Positions 1 to 11,947 are shown, numbered from the stretch's first letter. The stretch is DNA of 64,000 bases from Gemmatimonadota bacterium (GCA_046758745.1 JBHIAV010000010.1:11745-75744), one strand, 5' to 3'. Notes: a model not told the origin generated them from the letters alone. Program-made: numbers and translations.

Positions 1-1291
1 GCACCAGAGGGAGGACCATGGAGGTGCCGAGCACAGTGTCCACGCCTGGAAAGACGATCGTCACAGAGGGGAGGCTGTCCGGCAGAACGGCGACTCGCAG
101 CGAATCCGCCGGTCGGACGCCACCCTCGCCTCCGGCCACGCGGAGATCCCACCCCCACACGTCGTCCTCCACCGGCCGCAACTCTCCCGAGAACGCATTG
201 CCATCGGTCTCGAGCGGAACCGCGCGGCCCATCCTCACGCTCGCCATCGACGCGCCGGTCAGCCGACGGTTGACCGCCCCCCGGATGCGAAGCACCGTGC
301 CGCTGGGAACCGCCAGGGTGGGGATCGGGCGCGTGTGCTCCTCCGGCGGCCGCCCGAGATAGTTCGGGTAATCGACGTCGATCGAGAGCCGCGTGAGAAG
401 AAGCGGGTCGAGCGGTCTGGCCAGGAAGGTGTCGGAGGCGGCTCCCCGGTCGTCCTCCGCCCAATACCAGGTCGGCGCCTCGATCGGATCCGTGAAGCCG
501 CCCGCCGTATCAGCAGCGGGATCGACCGGAAGAAGCCGCCGGGCGGTGAGCTCGCCCTCCACACGCCAGGCCAGGTGCACCCGCCTCCGGTCCGGTGCCC
601 GGATCCGCACCCTGAGCGGCGACCCGCGGCGCACCTCCACACCTTTCGGCTGGATGGCGAGGGGCGGTGGCGCCGCGGGGAAAGAGACCAGCCACGGTCG
701 CGCGAGAGCACCGGCGGCCGACACCATCAGGCCGGGACGGGCCGCCGCCGCGACACCGAGCGTCCCAAGAGCCCCCGAACAGCCGACCAGTGCCATCCGC
801 AGCCGCCTTCGCCAGACCGCTCCGCTTCGGGGCAGGAGCGCCCCGGGCGACCGGCGCTTGAGAGCGTCCTCCACGCGAGCCCGATGAAGCGCGGCCAGCT
901 CGACGGAGCCGGCGCTGCCCGGTCGGGACAGCTCGAGGGCGGAGCGCAGCTCCCCCTCGCGGAGCCCCACCGCCGATTCGACCTCGCCCGCCAGGCCCGC
1001 CAGGGTGAGCCGCCGTCTCAAGGTGCCGATCGCAAGGCCGGTCGCGCCGAGGACGCCGAGCTGGAGCAGGAAGGCGACGACGGGTGCCGGCGAACCGGGC
1101 GCGCGCCACATGGCCGCGGGCAGGACAGCAGCGACCAGATAGACGCTGGCGAGGCCTCCGATCCCCGCGGCGCTCACCGCGGCCATCGCGCGCCGACGCA
1201 GCCGCGCCGCCGACCGTCTGGCGTCCGCCAGCTCCCCCTGGGAGCCCCCCGCCCCGCGCGTGCGGCCCCGGCCGGCCGCTCCGGAGCTCAC
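1..1291 (-). CDS. DUF4175-like large membrane-anchored protein, N-terminal part (runs off the left edge)
   Basis: Absent from the ORF track because it has no stop in the window. Manual translation from GTG at 1291 (GTGA overlap with the rsmI stop) stays open to base 2. It has hydrophobic N-terminal segments, then LSIDVDYPNYLGRPPEE...TLAVPSGTVLRIRG and VLPDSLPSVTIVFPGVD, resembling DUF4175-type proteins. Confidence 0.7.
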   Translation of the reverse strand, partial: MSSGAAGRGRTRGAGGSQGELADARRSAARLRRRAMAAVSAAGIGGLASVYLVAAVLPAAMWRAPGSPAPVVAFLLQLGVLGATGLAIGTLRRRLTLAGLAGEVESAVGLREGELRSALELSRPGSAGSVELAALHRARVEDALKRRSPGALLPRSGAVWRRRLRMALVGCSGALGTLGVAAAARPGLMVSAAGALARPWLVSFPAAPPPLAIQPKGVEVRRGSPLRVRIRAPDRRRVHLAWRVEGELTARRLLPVDPAADTAGGFTDPIEAPTWYWAEDDRGAASDTFLARPLDPLLLTRLSIDVDYPNYLGRPPEEHTRPIPTLAVPSGTVLRIRGAVNRRLTGASMASVRMGRAVPLETDGNAFSGELRPVEDDVWGWDLRVAGGEGGVRPADSLRVAVLPDSLPSVTIVFPGVDTVLGTSMVLPLV

Positions 1292-2151
1292 CCTTCGTCC
1301 TTGCCGACCCGCAGCGCGATCCGGTACGCCCCGTTGCGCGGCAGGCCGTATTGCTCGATCAGGGAACGCACGATCTCCGACGTGGTGCGCCCTCGCTTCG
1401 CCATCTCCCTGGCTGCGCGTTCCGCTTCACCACATCGGTCTCCTTCCGTCTCCACATCCGAGCGCGGGCCGGAAAGCCCCTCGAACACGAGCGTCACCTC
1501 TCCTCTCGGCTCCGTCTCACTGTAGTATTCCGCCAGACTGGAGACCGTTCCGCGTCTAATCTCTTCATGCACCTTGGTCAGCTCTCGGCAAACGACGCAC
1601 TGCCGCTCGCCGAGACCCCCTGCGGCCAATGCAGAGAGGAGCGAAGCGAGCCGCCTCGGAGATTCGAACGCCACCACGGTCATGGACGAACGGGCGGCCT
1701 GCCCGAGCCATTCCTGGCGTCGTCGCCCGCCGCGCGGTGGGAACCCGAGGAACGCAAAGCGGCTGGCCGGCAGTCCGGAGATCGCCAGGGCCGTGAGGAC
1801 GGCCGACGGCCCAGGGACCGGAACGACCCGAAAGCCGGCGCGGGCGGCCGCCTCGATGGCCCGACTTCCCGGATCGGAAATCCCGGGCATCCCCGCGTCC
1901 GTGACGAGGGCGCAGCTCTCGCCCGCCGCCAGCCGCTCCAGGAGCTCCTCCGTACGTGCCGCCTCGTTGTGGGCGTGCAGGGAACGAAGGGTCGCCTGGG
2001 AGTCGACGTGACGGAGGAGGACTCGGGTCCGTCGGGTATCCTCCGCATACACCACTCCTACCCCGCGCAGCGTTTCGGTCGCGCGGGCGGAGAGATCGGA
2101 AAGGTTCCCGATCGGCGTCCCGACGACGTACAGCTCTCCGCTGGCCATCAC
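1288..2151 (-). CDS. rsmI: 16S rRNA (cytidine1402-2'-O)-methyltransferase
   Basis: LYVVGTPIGNLSDLS, AEDTRRT, LVTDAGMPGISDPG, VPGPSA, FESPRRL and RELTKVHEE motifs. Confidence 0.96.
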   Translation of the reverse strand: MMASGELYVVGTPIGNLSDLSARATETLRGVGVVYAEDTRRTRVLLRHVDSQATLRSLHAHNEAARTEELLERLAAGESCALVTDAGMPGISDPGSRAIEAAARAGFRVVPVPGPSAVLTALAISGLPASRFAFLGFPPRGGRRRQEWLGQAARSSMTVVAFESPRRLASLLSALAAGGLGERQCVVCRELTKVHEEIRRGTVSSLAEYYSETEPRGEVTLVFEGLSGPRSDVETEGDRCGEAERAAREMAKRGRTTSEIVRSLIEQYGLPRNGAYRIALRVGKDEG

Positions 2152-2226
2152 CCGCCGGAAAGAGAAGCGCCTCCTGCCCCGCGAGGGAGCCGGTGGCGCC
2201 GCCGGATACCCGGAGCCGGTAGCGGA

Positions 2227-2559
2227 CTAGCCGTGCTCCTCGATCTTCTTCTCGAGATGGGCCTTCGGTACCGCACCGACCACGGTGTCGACCAGCTCCC
2301 CGTCCTTGAAGAAGAGGATGCTTGGGATCGACCGGATGTTGAAGCGGGCGGGCGTGGCGCGATTGGCGTCCACGTCGAGTTTCCCCACCTTGACCCGACC
2401 TGCATACTCGTTCGCAAGCTCCTGCACCACCGGACCGACGATGCGACACGGGCCGCACCACTCCGCCCAGAAGTCAACCAGCGCCAACCCGGTCGAGGAC
2501 TCGATCTCTTCCGCGAAGTTGGCGTCGGTAATGGTAACGGGTTCCACGGTAGTCGCCAC
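2227..2559 (-). CDS. trxA: Thioredoxin
   Basis: DFWAEWCGPC active site; likely GTG start at 2559 after GAGGTG; 110 aa. Confidence 0.96.
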   Translation of the reverse strand: MATTVEPVTITDANFAEEIESSTGLALVDFWAEWCGPCRIVGPVVQELANEYAGRVKVGKLDVDANRATPARFNIRSIPSILFFKDGELVDTVVGAVPKAHLEKKIEEHG

Positions 2560-2693
2560 GCTCACCTCATCTGGCTCGGGTGGAAAAGCGTTCGAGCCCC
2601 TCGTACGTTGATGCCTGCCGGGAACATCCGCGACCCTCCGTTCCGCGTCGTACGGTCCCGGAGGCACCCCCAACCCCAACACGAGGGACTCGC

Positions 2694-3113
2694 TTGGCAA
2701 TAATCGACCACATCGGTATCGCGGTCAACTCACTGGAAACCGCGAGGCCGCTGTACGCAGCGCTTCTAGGTGAGAATGCCGCAGGAGAGGAGGAAGTTCC
2801 CGAGGAGGGCGTGCGCGTCGTCTTCTTCGGGGAGGGGGAGGGGCGTGTCGAGCTGCTCGAAGCCTTGGGGCCGAACTCGTCCATCGCCCGCTTCCTGGAG
2901 CGACGCGGCGCGGGCGTACATCACGTCTGTCTGATCGTCCCCGACGTCGGGGCGGCGGTCGAGCGGGCGCGAGCGGCAGGAAGCGAGCCGGTCTCCCCGG
3001 CCGTACGGCGAGGAGCCGGCGGAAGCGTGGTCGCCTTCCTCGACCCACGCACGACGGGCGGTGTCCTCATCGAGCTCAAGGAGCGGCGCGATCGCCGCAC
3101 CGAAAGAGGCTGA
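2694..3113 (+). CDS. mce: Methylmalonyl-CoA epimerase (VOC family)
   Basis: IDHIGIAV, VELLEAL, GVHHVC and TTGGVLIEL motifs; TTG start at 2694. Confidence 0.88.
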   Translation: MAIIDHIGIAVNSLETARPLYAALLGENAAGEEEVPEEGVRVVFFGEGEGRVELLEALGPNSSIARFLERRGAGVHHVCLIVPDVGAAVERARAAGSEPVSPAVRRGAGGSVVAFLDPRTTGGVLIELKERRDRRTERG

Positions 3114-3211
3114 CAGCGCCCGCCCTGGACCCGGGCGGGCCTTCGCGGAAGGCCTCGATGCTCGCGGCGCGATCACCGTTCACGGAAGGCGTCGCCGCTC
3201 CGGGGCGCTCG

Positions 3212-3715
3212 TCACCGCCCCGGGCTTGCCGTGAGGGCGTCCACGTCCAGGCGCTCCACGTACCAGTGACCGTCGCGGGCCGGCACCGTCACGATCGGGA
3301 CCAACACGTCGCCGCGTCTCGTTCCTTCCAAACGCGCCACGTACCTAACCCGGTCCGGCCCGAGCTGCGCAAGATTGGCGACCCGCAGATCGTAGGAGCT
3401 GTGCCGCAGCAGCCTCGCCAGGAAGATCATCCGCTGCTCCACCTCCGCGATGCCCAGCCGCTTCCGCGCCGGCCCATCGACCGTTCCGAAGTGGGCGCCC
3501 ATCAGCTGATAATCCCCCCTCCGCACACCTTCGAGGAAGGCGTGCACCGCCTCCTCGGAGGTGGTCGCGCCGCTCAGTCCCTCTCCCGGACGTCCGCCGC
3601 CGGAGGCGCAACCGACGAAGGAGACGAGAAGGACGGCGAGCAGAACCGGAAGCCCGGATCGGGACCGTGAGGTCCCGCGGCCGGCACGCGTCGACGCCGT
3701 TGGATGCCTGCTCAC
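3212..3715 (-). CDS. Hypothetical lipoprotein
   Basis: Basic N-terminus, hydrophobic LPVLLAVLLVSF and lipobox-like VGC; GGAG upstream of GTG at 3715. Confidence 0.7.
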   Translation of the reverse strand: MSRHPTASTRAGRGTSRSRSGLPVLLAVLLVSFVGCASGGGRPGEGLSGATTSEEAVHAFLEGVRRGDYQLMGAHFGTVDGPARKRLGIAEVEQRMIFLARLLRHSSYDLRVANLAQLGPDRVRYVARLEGTRRGDVLVPIVTVPARDGHWYVERLDVDALTASPGR

Positions 3716-3810
3716 GATCGCTCCGTGTCGGCAGGTCGATGATCGCTCGGCGGCGCACGGTGTCCTCGCCGCGAGGCTTCCGATGCTAGTAGACTCCGGC
3801 CGTTGCGCCG

Positions 3811-6437
<2,627 letters not shown>

Positions 6438-6495
6438 TCCCTGTTGTCTCCTCGTGAGCCGTGTCTGGAGCGCGTTCCCGGCGGGACGGCCCCTG

Positions 6496-7017
6496 TCAGG
6501 TCTCGATGTCGATCTGCTTCTTCTCGGCTTCGGTCCGTCGCGGCAGCGTGAGGCGAAGCACGCCGTCTTCCAACTTGGCGCGGACCCGCGCCGTGTCGAC
6601 GTCGGCCGGAGCGTGCAGCGTCCGACGGAAGCGTCCATACTCGCGCTCCGTCCGGATCACCTCGGCCCCCTCGGCCAGCTGCGGCCGACGGCGCTTCCCG
6701 CTGATGGTGATCTCGTCGCCCACCGTCGACACCTCCAGGTCGTCCTTCCTTACGCCGGGTAGATCGACGAAGATCCGATACTCCTCGGCGGTCCGAACCA
6801 TGTCGATGCGTGGGGCCCGGCCTGCCCCCGGAGGGAAGATCCGCACGCCCTCCAAGAAGTCCCCCACCAGATCGTGCAGCTCCGAGAAGGGGGCGGCCCA
6901 GCCGCTGCGCCAGCGCTCCGCGGATCGCTCCGCCTCGCCCGCCGGGCTCGAGTCCGCCTCGCCGCCCGTCGCCTCCTCCTCCCGTGCCGGCCCCCCGTTT
7001 TTCTCCCTCTCCTCCAC
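6496..7017 (-). CDS. Hsp20/alpha-crystallin small heat shock protein
   Basis: DLPGV, EREYGRFRR and AKLEDGVLRLTLPR motifs; CAGGAGG RBS upstream of the GTG start. Confidence 0.93.
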   Translation of the reverse strand: MEEREKNGGPAREEEATGGEADSSPAGEAERSAERWRSGWAAPFSELHDLVGDFLEGVRIFPPGAGRAPRIDMVRTAEEYRIFVDLPGVRKDDLEVSTVGDEITISGKRRRPQLAEGAEVIRTEREYGRFRRTLHAPADVDTARVRAKLEDGVLRLTLPRRTEAEKKQIDIET

Positions 7018-7073
7018 GCGTCACCTCCTGCGTGCATGCGTCTCGAACCAGCTCGGTTTCCCGCCATCGCGGG

Positions 7074-7090
7074 GGCAAGACGTGTGCCCG
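7074..7090 (-). promoter_or_regulatory. Candidate sigma54 (-24/-12) promoter for hsp20-clpB
   Basis: Minus strand reads CGGGCACACGTCTTGCC, i.e. GG-N10-GC with GGCAC...TTGC. Confidence 0.55.
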
Positions 7091-7158
7091 GCCAAGGTCC
7101 TGTTTCGGCCCGCGGTCGCGCCAGCCCGGCGGGGAAAACCGGCATTCACAGGCCGTCT

Positions 7159-7173
7159 CTGCCGAATCGGCAG
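7159..7173. promoter_or_regulatory. Palindrome CTGCCG-AAT-CGGCAG, candidate enhancer-binding-protein site
   Basis: Perfect 6-bp inverted repeat centred about 80 bp upstream of the sigma54-like -24 element. Confidence 0.4.
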
Positions 7174-7222
7174 GCGCCTCCGCCGGGGCGGCGGGTTGCC
7201 GCCGCGCGGCGGGCGACCGCCC

Positions 7223-7252
7223 TTGACACCCCCGCCGGGCCACCACTAGCCT
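7223..7252 (+). promoter_or_regulatory. Candidate sigma70 promoter for the 7326 ORF
   Basis: TTGACA-N18-TAGCCT. Confidence 0.55.
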
Positions 7253-7325
7253 GCACGCCGCTCTGGGCGGAGGAGGAGACGCGGCCCGCGATCCGGCGCG
7301 GAGAGAGGAACTGGCCAAGGGTGCT

Positions 7326-8315
7326 GTGAATCGAGAGGGAGGACAGGGTCTACGGCCCGGGCACGGCAAGCTCCCGTACCCGGAGGGGATCGCGTGCGCG
7401 GAGGTGCAGGTGGCCGGGGAGACGGGCGGGGGCAAGGCCAACGCGGACCTCCCGTGGCTGCTCGTGATCGGCGGAATCCTCACCGCCGCCGTCGTCGAAC
7501 ACGTCTTGCGGCAGCCGTCCCTCCCCTTCGCGGTCGGGTTGTACCTCCCCATCTCGCTCGCCACGCCTCTCCTCATTGTTGGCGCGCTGCGAAAGGCCAT
7601 CGAGGCCCGAGCCGACGAGGCGGGGAGGAAGGCGAAGCGCGAGAGGGGCGTCCGCGGGTTCCCCCGCACGCTTGTCCCCACTCTCCTCCTCGCCGCTGCG
7701 TGCGGCGATGCTCCTCGCTCGCACGCCGGCCTCACCGATTCCGCCTACGTCGAGCTGTTGGCCCGACTCGTGCTCGTGGAGGCGACCACCCCGGCCGTCG
7801 GGCCCCCGCTGGCCCGCCGACAGGCGGAGGACTCGGCGCGAGCGGCGATCCTCGAGGAGCACGGGGTGTCGCCCGATTCGCTGATCCGATTCGCTGAGAT
7901 CGCCGGGCGCGACCCCGCCCGCATGCAGGCCCTGTGGGAGGCGATCGCGGCGAGGGTGGACTCGCTCACGCCGGGCATGCCCGCGTCGCAGGGGGCCGGG
8001 GAGCCCGCGCCGGCTTCCGCTGAGGGGATCCCGCGCGACGTCGCCCGCCGGCCGCCGCCGGGGGTCCCGTCACGGGGGAATGCCGCCGCTGGACCGTCCG
8101 GCCGTCCCGGCCCTGTGGCCGGTGGCGAGCCGCCCGCTCGAACCACCCCGGCTACGGTGGACGGAGAGGGCGGAGAGGCGCCCGCGAGGCCGGCCGGGGG
8201 GACGGCGACCGCCGCGGACACCACCGGGCCGCGCCGTCTCCCGGCGGACTCCGCCCGGTCGGACTACCACCTCCGCCGTCTGCGCCGGCAGCTCCTTCCA
8301 CGCGACTCCTCGTAG
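7326..8315 (+). CDS. Chimeric ORF: OPT oligopeptide-transporter remnants fused in frame to a DUF4296-like lipoprotein with a Pro/Ala/Gly-rich tail
   Basis: aa13-38 HGKLPYPEGIACAEVQVAGETGG matches the OPT central motif. aa39-109 LPWLLVIGG...PSLPFAVGLYLPISLATP...RERGV matches OPT C-terminal helices. aa110 onward: LLLAAAC lipobox and DSARAAILEEHGVSPDSL. Confidence 0.65.
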   Translation: MNREGGQGLRPGHGKLPYPEGIACAEVQVAGETGGGKANADLPWLLVIGGILTAAVVEHVLRQPSLPFAVGLYLPISLATPLLIVGALRKAIEARADEAGRKAKRERGVRGFPRTLVPTLLLAAACGDAPRSHAGLTDSAYVELLARLVLVEATTPAVGPPLARRQAEDSARAAILEEHGVSPDSLIRFAEIAGRDPARMQALWEAIAARVDSLTPGMPASQGAGEPAPASAEGIPRDVARRPPPGVPSRGNAAAGPSGRPGPVAGGEPPARTTPATVDGEGGEAPARPAGGTATAADTTGPRRLPADSARSDYHLRRLRRQLLPRDSS

Positions 8316-8388
8316 CCCGCGGAGAGCCGGGGAAAGCGTGCCTCGAGGCAGCGGCGCCCGGGACCCTGCGGTTGCGGGACGGTCCCCC

Positions 8389-8410
8389 GCCCGTAGGTTA
8401 CGGGCTTTCT
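8389..8410 (+). terminator. Possible intrinsic terminator
   Basis: GCCCGTA-ggt-TACGGGC followed by TTTCT; it overlaps a possible TAGGTT -10 for mlaE. Confidence 0.4.
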
Positions 8411-8527
8411 CGTTCCGACGAGAGGCCCTCTCGACCCTCCCGATTCTGCACGGGTGACGCTCCGCAGGCGGATCCGAACCGGTGTCTGAAGGACGGAGAA
8501 TCGCGGGGGCCGGTTTTTCGCGAGCGC

Positions 8528-9367
8528 ATGAGCAGTCACGACTACCCGACCGACAGCTCCTCGGCCACCCGGCGCGGAGAGGCCAATGGACCCATCACGT
8601 GGGTCCGCGCCCTCGGCCGGTTTGCCATGGCGGGGAGCCGGCACCTGGGGCGGGCCGGAATCCTGGCGGCTGCCACGACGCTCGCCCTCGCCCGTCCGCA
8701 CCGCTACTTGAAGGCCGCCATCGTGCAGGCCAAGGTGATCGGCGTGGACAGCCTGGCACTCGTCATAGTCGTCGGCGGCCTGAGCGGCTCCGTGCTCGCG
8801 CAGCAGAGCGGCTACCAGATGGAGACACTCCCGCTGTGGATCGTGGGACAGGCTGTCGCAGCCGGCATGCTCACCGAACTCGCCCCCGTGCTCACCGCCG
8901 TGGTGCTGGCGGGCCGCATCGGCGCCGGGATCGGTGCAGAGCTGGGGACGATGAAGGTTACGGATCAGATCGACGCCCTACGGACCCTGGGCCGAGACCC
9001 CGTGGTGGAGCTCATCGTGCCGCGCGTGGTGGCGGGCGCCGTCGTGCTGATCCCGCTCGTCGTCCTCGCCAACATCGCCGGGATGGCCGCGGGCTGGATC
9101 ACCGCAGTCAGCCTTCTGCCGATGACCACGCACGAGTACGTGTACGGAGTCCAGACGTACTACCACTCGGCCGCACTCATCTTCTCGCTCGTCAAGGGGT
9201 TCGCGTTCGGAATCACCATCACCTTCACGGCCTGCTATGTAGGTCTCCAGGCGGAGGGAGGCGCGGCCGGCGTGGGTCGCACCGCCACCAACGCGGTGGT
9301 AGCGATCATCGTCGCGATCATGGTCCTCGACGTGATCCTCGCCCCGGTATACAAGGCGGTGTCGTGA
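8528..9367 (+). CDS. mlaE: MlaE-family ABC permease (MCE system)
   Basis: IGVDSL, ELAPVLTAVVLAGRIGAGIGAELGTMKVTDQIDAL and GGAAGVGRTAT motifs; start uncertain. Confidence 0.93.
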   Translation: MSSHDYPTDSSSATRRGEANGPITWVRALGRFAMAGSRHLGRAGILAAATTLALARPHRYLKAAIVQAKVIGVDSLALVIVVGGLSGSVLAQQSGYQMETLPLWIVGQAVAAGMLTELAPVLTAVVLAGRIGAGIGAELGTMKVTDQIDALRTLGRDPVVELIVPRVVAGAVVLIPLVVLANIAGMAAGWITAVSLLPMTTHEYVYGVQTYYHSAALIFSLVKGFAFGITITFTACYVGLQAEGGAAGVGRTATNAVVAIIVAIMVLDVILAPVYKAVS

Positions 9368-9413
9368 GCTCCCCACGACCTGTCGCGAGGGGGACGTGGG
9401 GAGGCGCGGCGCG

Positions 9414-10163
9414 ATGATCGAGATCCGCGGCCTGAAGAAGACGCTCAACGGGAAGATGGTTCTCGACGGCGTCGACCTCGACATCGAGGAGGGCAGGAGC
9501 CTGGTGATCATGGGGGCCTCTGGCGTCGGGAAGAGCGTCCTCCTCAAGCACATCGTCGGGCTGTTCGACCCCGATGCGGGAGAGATCTTGGTGGACGGGC
9601 TCTCGGTGCCTCGCGCGGGAGGGAGACAGATCTCGGAGATCCGCTCGAAGATCAGCTACGTCTTCCAGAACTCGGCTCTCTTCGATTCGCTCACCGTCGG
9701 CCAGAACATCCAGCTCGGCCTTAGCCCCGAGCACTGCCGCCGGGTGGACGCGCACACCGACCCACTGGTGCTCGAGGCGATCACGCACGTGAACCTCGAG
9801 CCGGCGGTGCTTCCTCTTCTTCCGGCGGAGCTTTCCGGAGGGATGCAGAAACGGGTAGCACTCGCGCGGGCGATCGTCGGCCGACAGAAGTACATCCTGT
9901 ACGACGAGCCCACCACCGGGCTCGACCCGGTCAACGCCTCCGTCATCAATCAGCTCATCTCCCGGCTCAAGGCCGAGCTCGGGGCCACGAGCGTGATCGT
10001 GACGCACGACGTGGAGTCGGCCTTTTTCCTCGGCGACCGAATCGCCCTCCTTTGCGACGGGAGGATCTGTGCGCTGGGTAGCCCGGCAGAGCTCCGCGCT
10101 TCGGAGAATCCCCTCGTCCAGAGCTTCCTCAACCCGAAGTACGAAGAGGGCATCCTCGGATGA
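9414..10163 (+). CDS. mlaF: MlaF/Mkl-family ABC ATPase
   Basis: Walker A GASGVGKS, LSGGMQKRVALARA and YDEPTTGLDP. Confidence 0.93.
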   Translation: MIEIRGLKKTLNGKMVLDGVDLDIEEGRSLVIMGASGVGKSVLLKHIVGLFDPDAGEILVDGLSVPRAGGRQISEIRSKISYVFQNSALFDSLTVGQNIQLGLSPEHCRRVDAHTDPLVLEAITHVNLEPAVLPLLPAELSGGMQKRVALARAIVGRQKYILYDEPTTGLDPVNASVINQLISRLKAELGATSVIVTHDVESAFFLGDRIALLCDGRICALGSPAELRASENPLVQSFLNPKYEEGILG

Positions 10164-11086
10164 GGGACCCCGGACTGCGCGGTCATCACCGGGCCGAACT
10201 CCAGGTCGGCCTGTTCGTTCTCTTCTCCATCATCGCCCTGGCGGCCGGGGTGGTGTGGATCAGCGGCGCCGACATCGGCGGCGGCCGTCTGAGGGTCCTC
10301 GCGACGGGTCCGGACGCAGCTCGGGTGAGCGACGGTACGCGGGTCTACCTCCGGGGGGTCGACGTAGGCTCCGTGACGGGCGTAGGTCTGAGCGGCGGGC
10401 GCGCCGTTCTCGCTCTCGACATCGCCCCCGGCGAGACCCTACCCCGCGACACACGGGCCCTCATCCAGCCCTCCGCCTTCCTCGGTTCGGGCATCATGGA
10501 GCTCGAGCCTGGAGAATCCAGCACGCCGCTGGCCGCAGGGGACACGATCGCCGCCGAGACCGTCCCGGACCTGCAGTCGCTCGCTGGTGCCCTGGGCGAC
10601 CAGGTCGAGCAGGTGCTGACCCAGGCCCAAAAGCTCCTGGCGGACGAGACCGTGGAGCACGTCCGCCTCACCGGCAGCGCGCTCTCCGCCACGATGACGG
10701 AGCTGCAAGCGCTGGTGGAGGCCGAGCGGGAGTCGCTCGCCACCCTCATCGAGAGCCTCAGCCAGACCTCGTCCCAGCTCGCCGAGGCGACCTCCGGCGC
10801 CGAGCTGGGGCGCACGATCACCAGCCTGGACTCGCTCACCGCACGCCTGCACCACGCGAGCAAGGGCCTCGATTCGACCAGCCTCTCCCTCGCCTCCATC
10901 CTCGACAAGGTAGACCGCGGGGATGGATCCCTGGGGCGGCTGGTGAACGACGAAGCGCTGTATGAGCGGGTGAGCGCCGCAGCAGCCAACCTGGAGGCCG
11001 CAATGGAGGAGATCGCGCTCCTCACGCGCGATGTCCGCCAGCACCCCGAACGTTATCTTAAAGGGTTGAAGTTCTCGGTTTTCTAA
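10160..11086 (+). CDS. mlaD: MlaD/MCE-domain protein with long helical C-terminus
   Basis: N-terminal TM, VYLRGVDVGSV, GSLGRLVNDEALY and DVRQHPERY. Confidence 0.9.
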   Translation: MRDPGLRGHHRAELQVGLFVLFSIIALAAGVVWISGADIGGGRLRVLATGPDAARVSDGTRVYLRGVDVGSVTGVGLSGGRAVLALDIAPGETLPRDTRALIQPSAFLGSGIMELEPGESSTPLAAGDTIAAETVPDLQSLAGALGDQVEQVLTQAQKLLADETVEHVRLTGSALSATMTELQALVEAERESLATLIESLSQTSSQLAEATSGAELGRTITSLDSLTARLHHASKGLDSTSLSLASILDKVDRGDGSLGRLVNDEALYERVSAAAANLEAAMEEIALLTRDVRQHPERYLKGLKFSVF

Positions 11087-11159
11087 GTTGCTGCGACACG
11101 GCCGATCGACAGCTCGCAGGGTCGGATCCGCCTCCGGCGCGAGCGGCCCGGCAAGCCTC

Positions 11160-11918
11160 TCACAGGCCCGTGGGGTGGTCGAGGAAGGCCCATTCCAGCT
11201 CGAAGCGCTCCGCCACGACCCCGGCCAGCGCCTTCACGCCCAGCGTCTCGGTCGCGTAGTGGCCCGCATAGAGCACGTTGACGCCGAGCTCCGTCGCGTC
11301 GTGGAAAGTATGGTGGCTCCCCTCCCCCGTGATGAAGGTGTCGAGACCCTCCCGGTGCACGGCCCCGATCAGCGACCCGGCGCCACCGGTCACGATGCCG
11401 ACTCGCCTCACATGTCCGGGACCTCCCGCGATCAGCCGCGGAGGCGCTCCGCACGCCGCTTCGACCCGACGGGAAAGCTCGGTCAGGGAGAGATCCGTCG
11501 CCGCCCACACCCCGATCCCGTCCACCCCCCGGTGCCGGCCGAACGTACCCTCGATCGTCAAGCCGAGGACCGCGGCCAGCCGCACGTTGTTGCCGACCTC
11601 CGCGTGAACATCCAGCGGCAGGTGGGCGCTGTATACGGCGAGCTCGGCGTCGAACGCCACCCGCAGCCGCCGGTAGTTCCTTCCGGTGATCGGCAGCGGC
11701 TCTGCCCAGAAGAGCCCGTGGTGGACGAGCAGGAGCTGCCCGCCCGCCTCGGCAGCCATCTCGATCGTGGCCTGGCAGGCATCCGTCGCCGCGCACACCT
11801 TCTCGACAGGCGCCCGGCTTCCCACCTGTAAGCCGTTCCAAGCTCCCGGGTAATCCTCGATCTCGGCGATCCGCAGATAGCCGTCCAGGAACTCGACGAT
11901 CTCCTGAAGATCCGCCAT
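11160..11918 (-). CDS. Nif3-like dinuclear metal centre protein (YbgI/DUF34)
   Basis: NGLQV, LLVHHGLFW, HLPLDVHAEVGNN, FITGE and AGHYATE motifs. Confidence 0.93.
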   Translation of the reverse strand: MADLQEIVEFLDGYLRIAEIEDYPGAWNGLQVGSRAPVEKVCAATDACQATIEMAAEAGGQLLLVHHGLFWAEPLPITGRNYRRLRVAFDAELAVYSAHLPLDVHAEVGNNVRLAAVLGLTIEGTFGRHRGVDGIGVWAATDLSLTELSRRVEAACGAPPRLIAGGPGHVRRVGIVTGGAGSLIGAVHREGLDTFITGEGSHHTFHDATELGVNVLYAGHYATETLGVKALAGVVAERFELEWAFLDHPTGL

Positions 11919-11947
11919 GGCTTAGCCGCCCGACCGAGACGGGAGCT

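Noticed and set aside
8316..8527. Riboswitch upstream of mlaE
   Set aside because: GC-rich hairpins are present, but I could not match any known aptamer consensus by eye; a covariance-model search would be needed.
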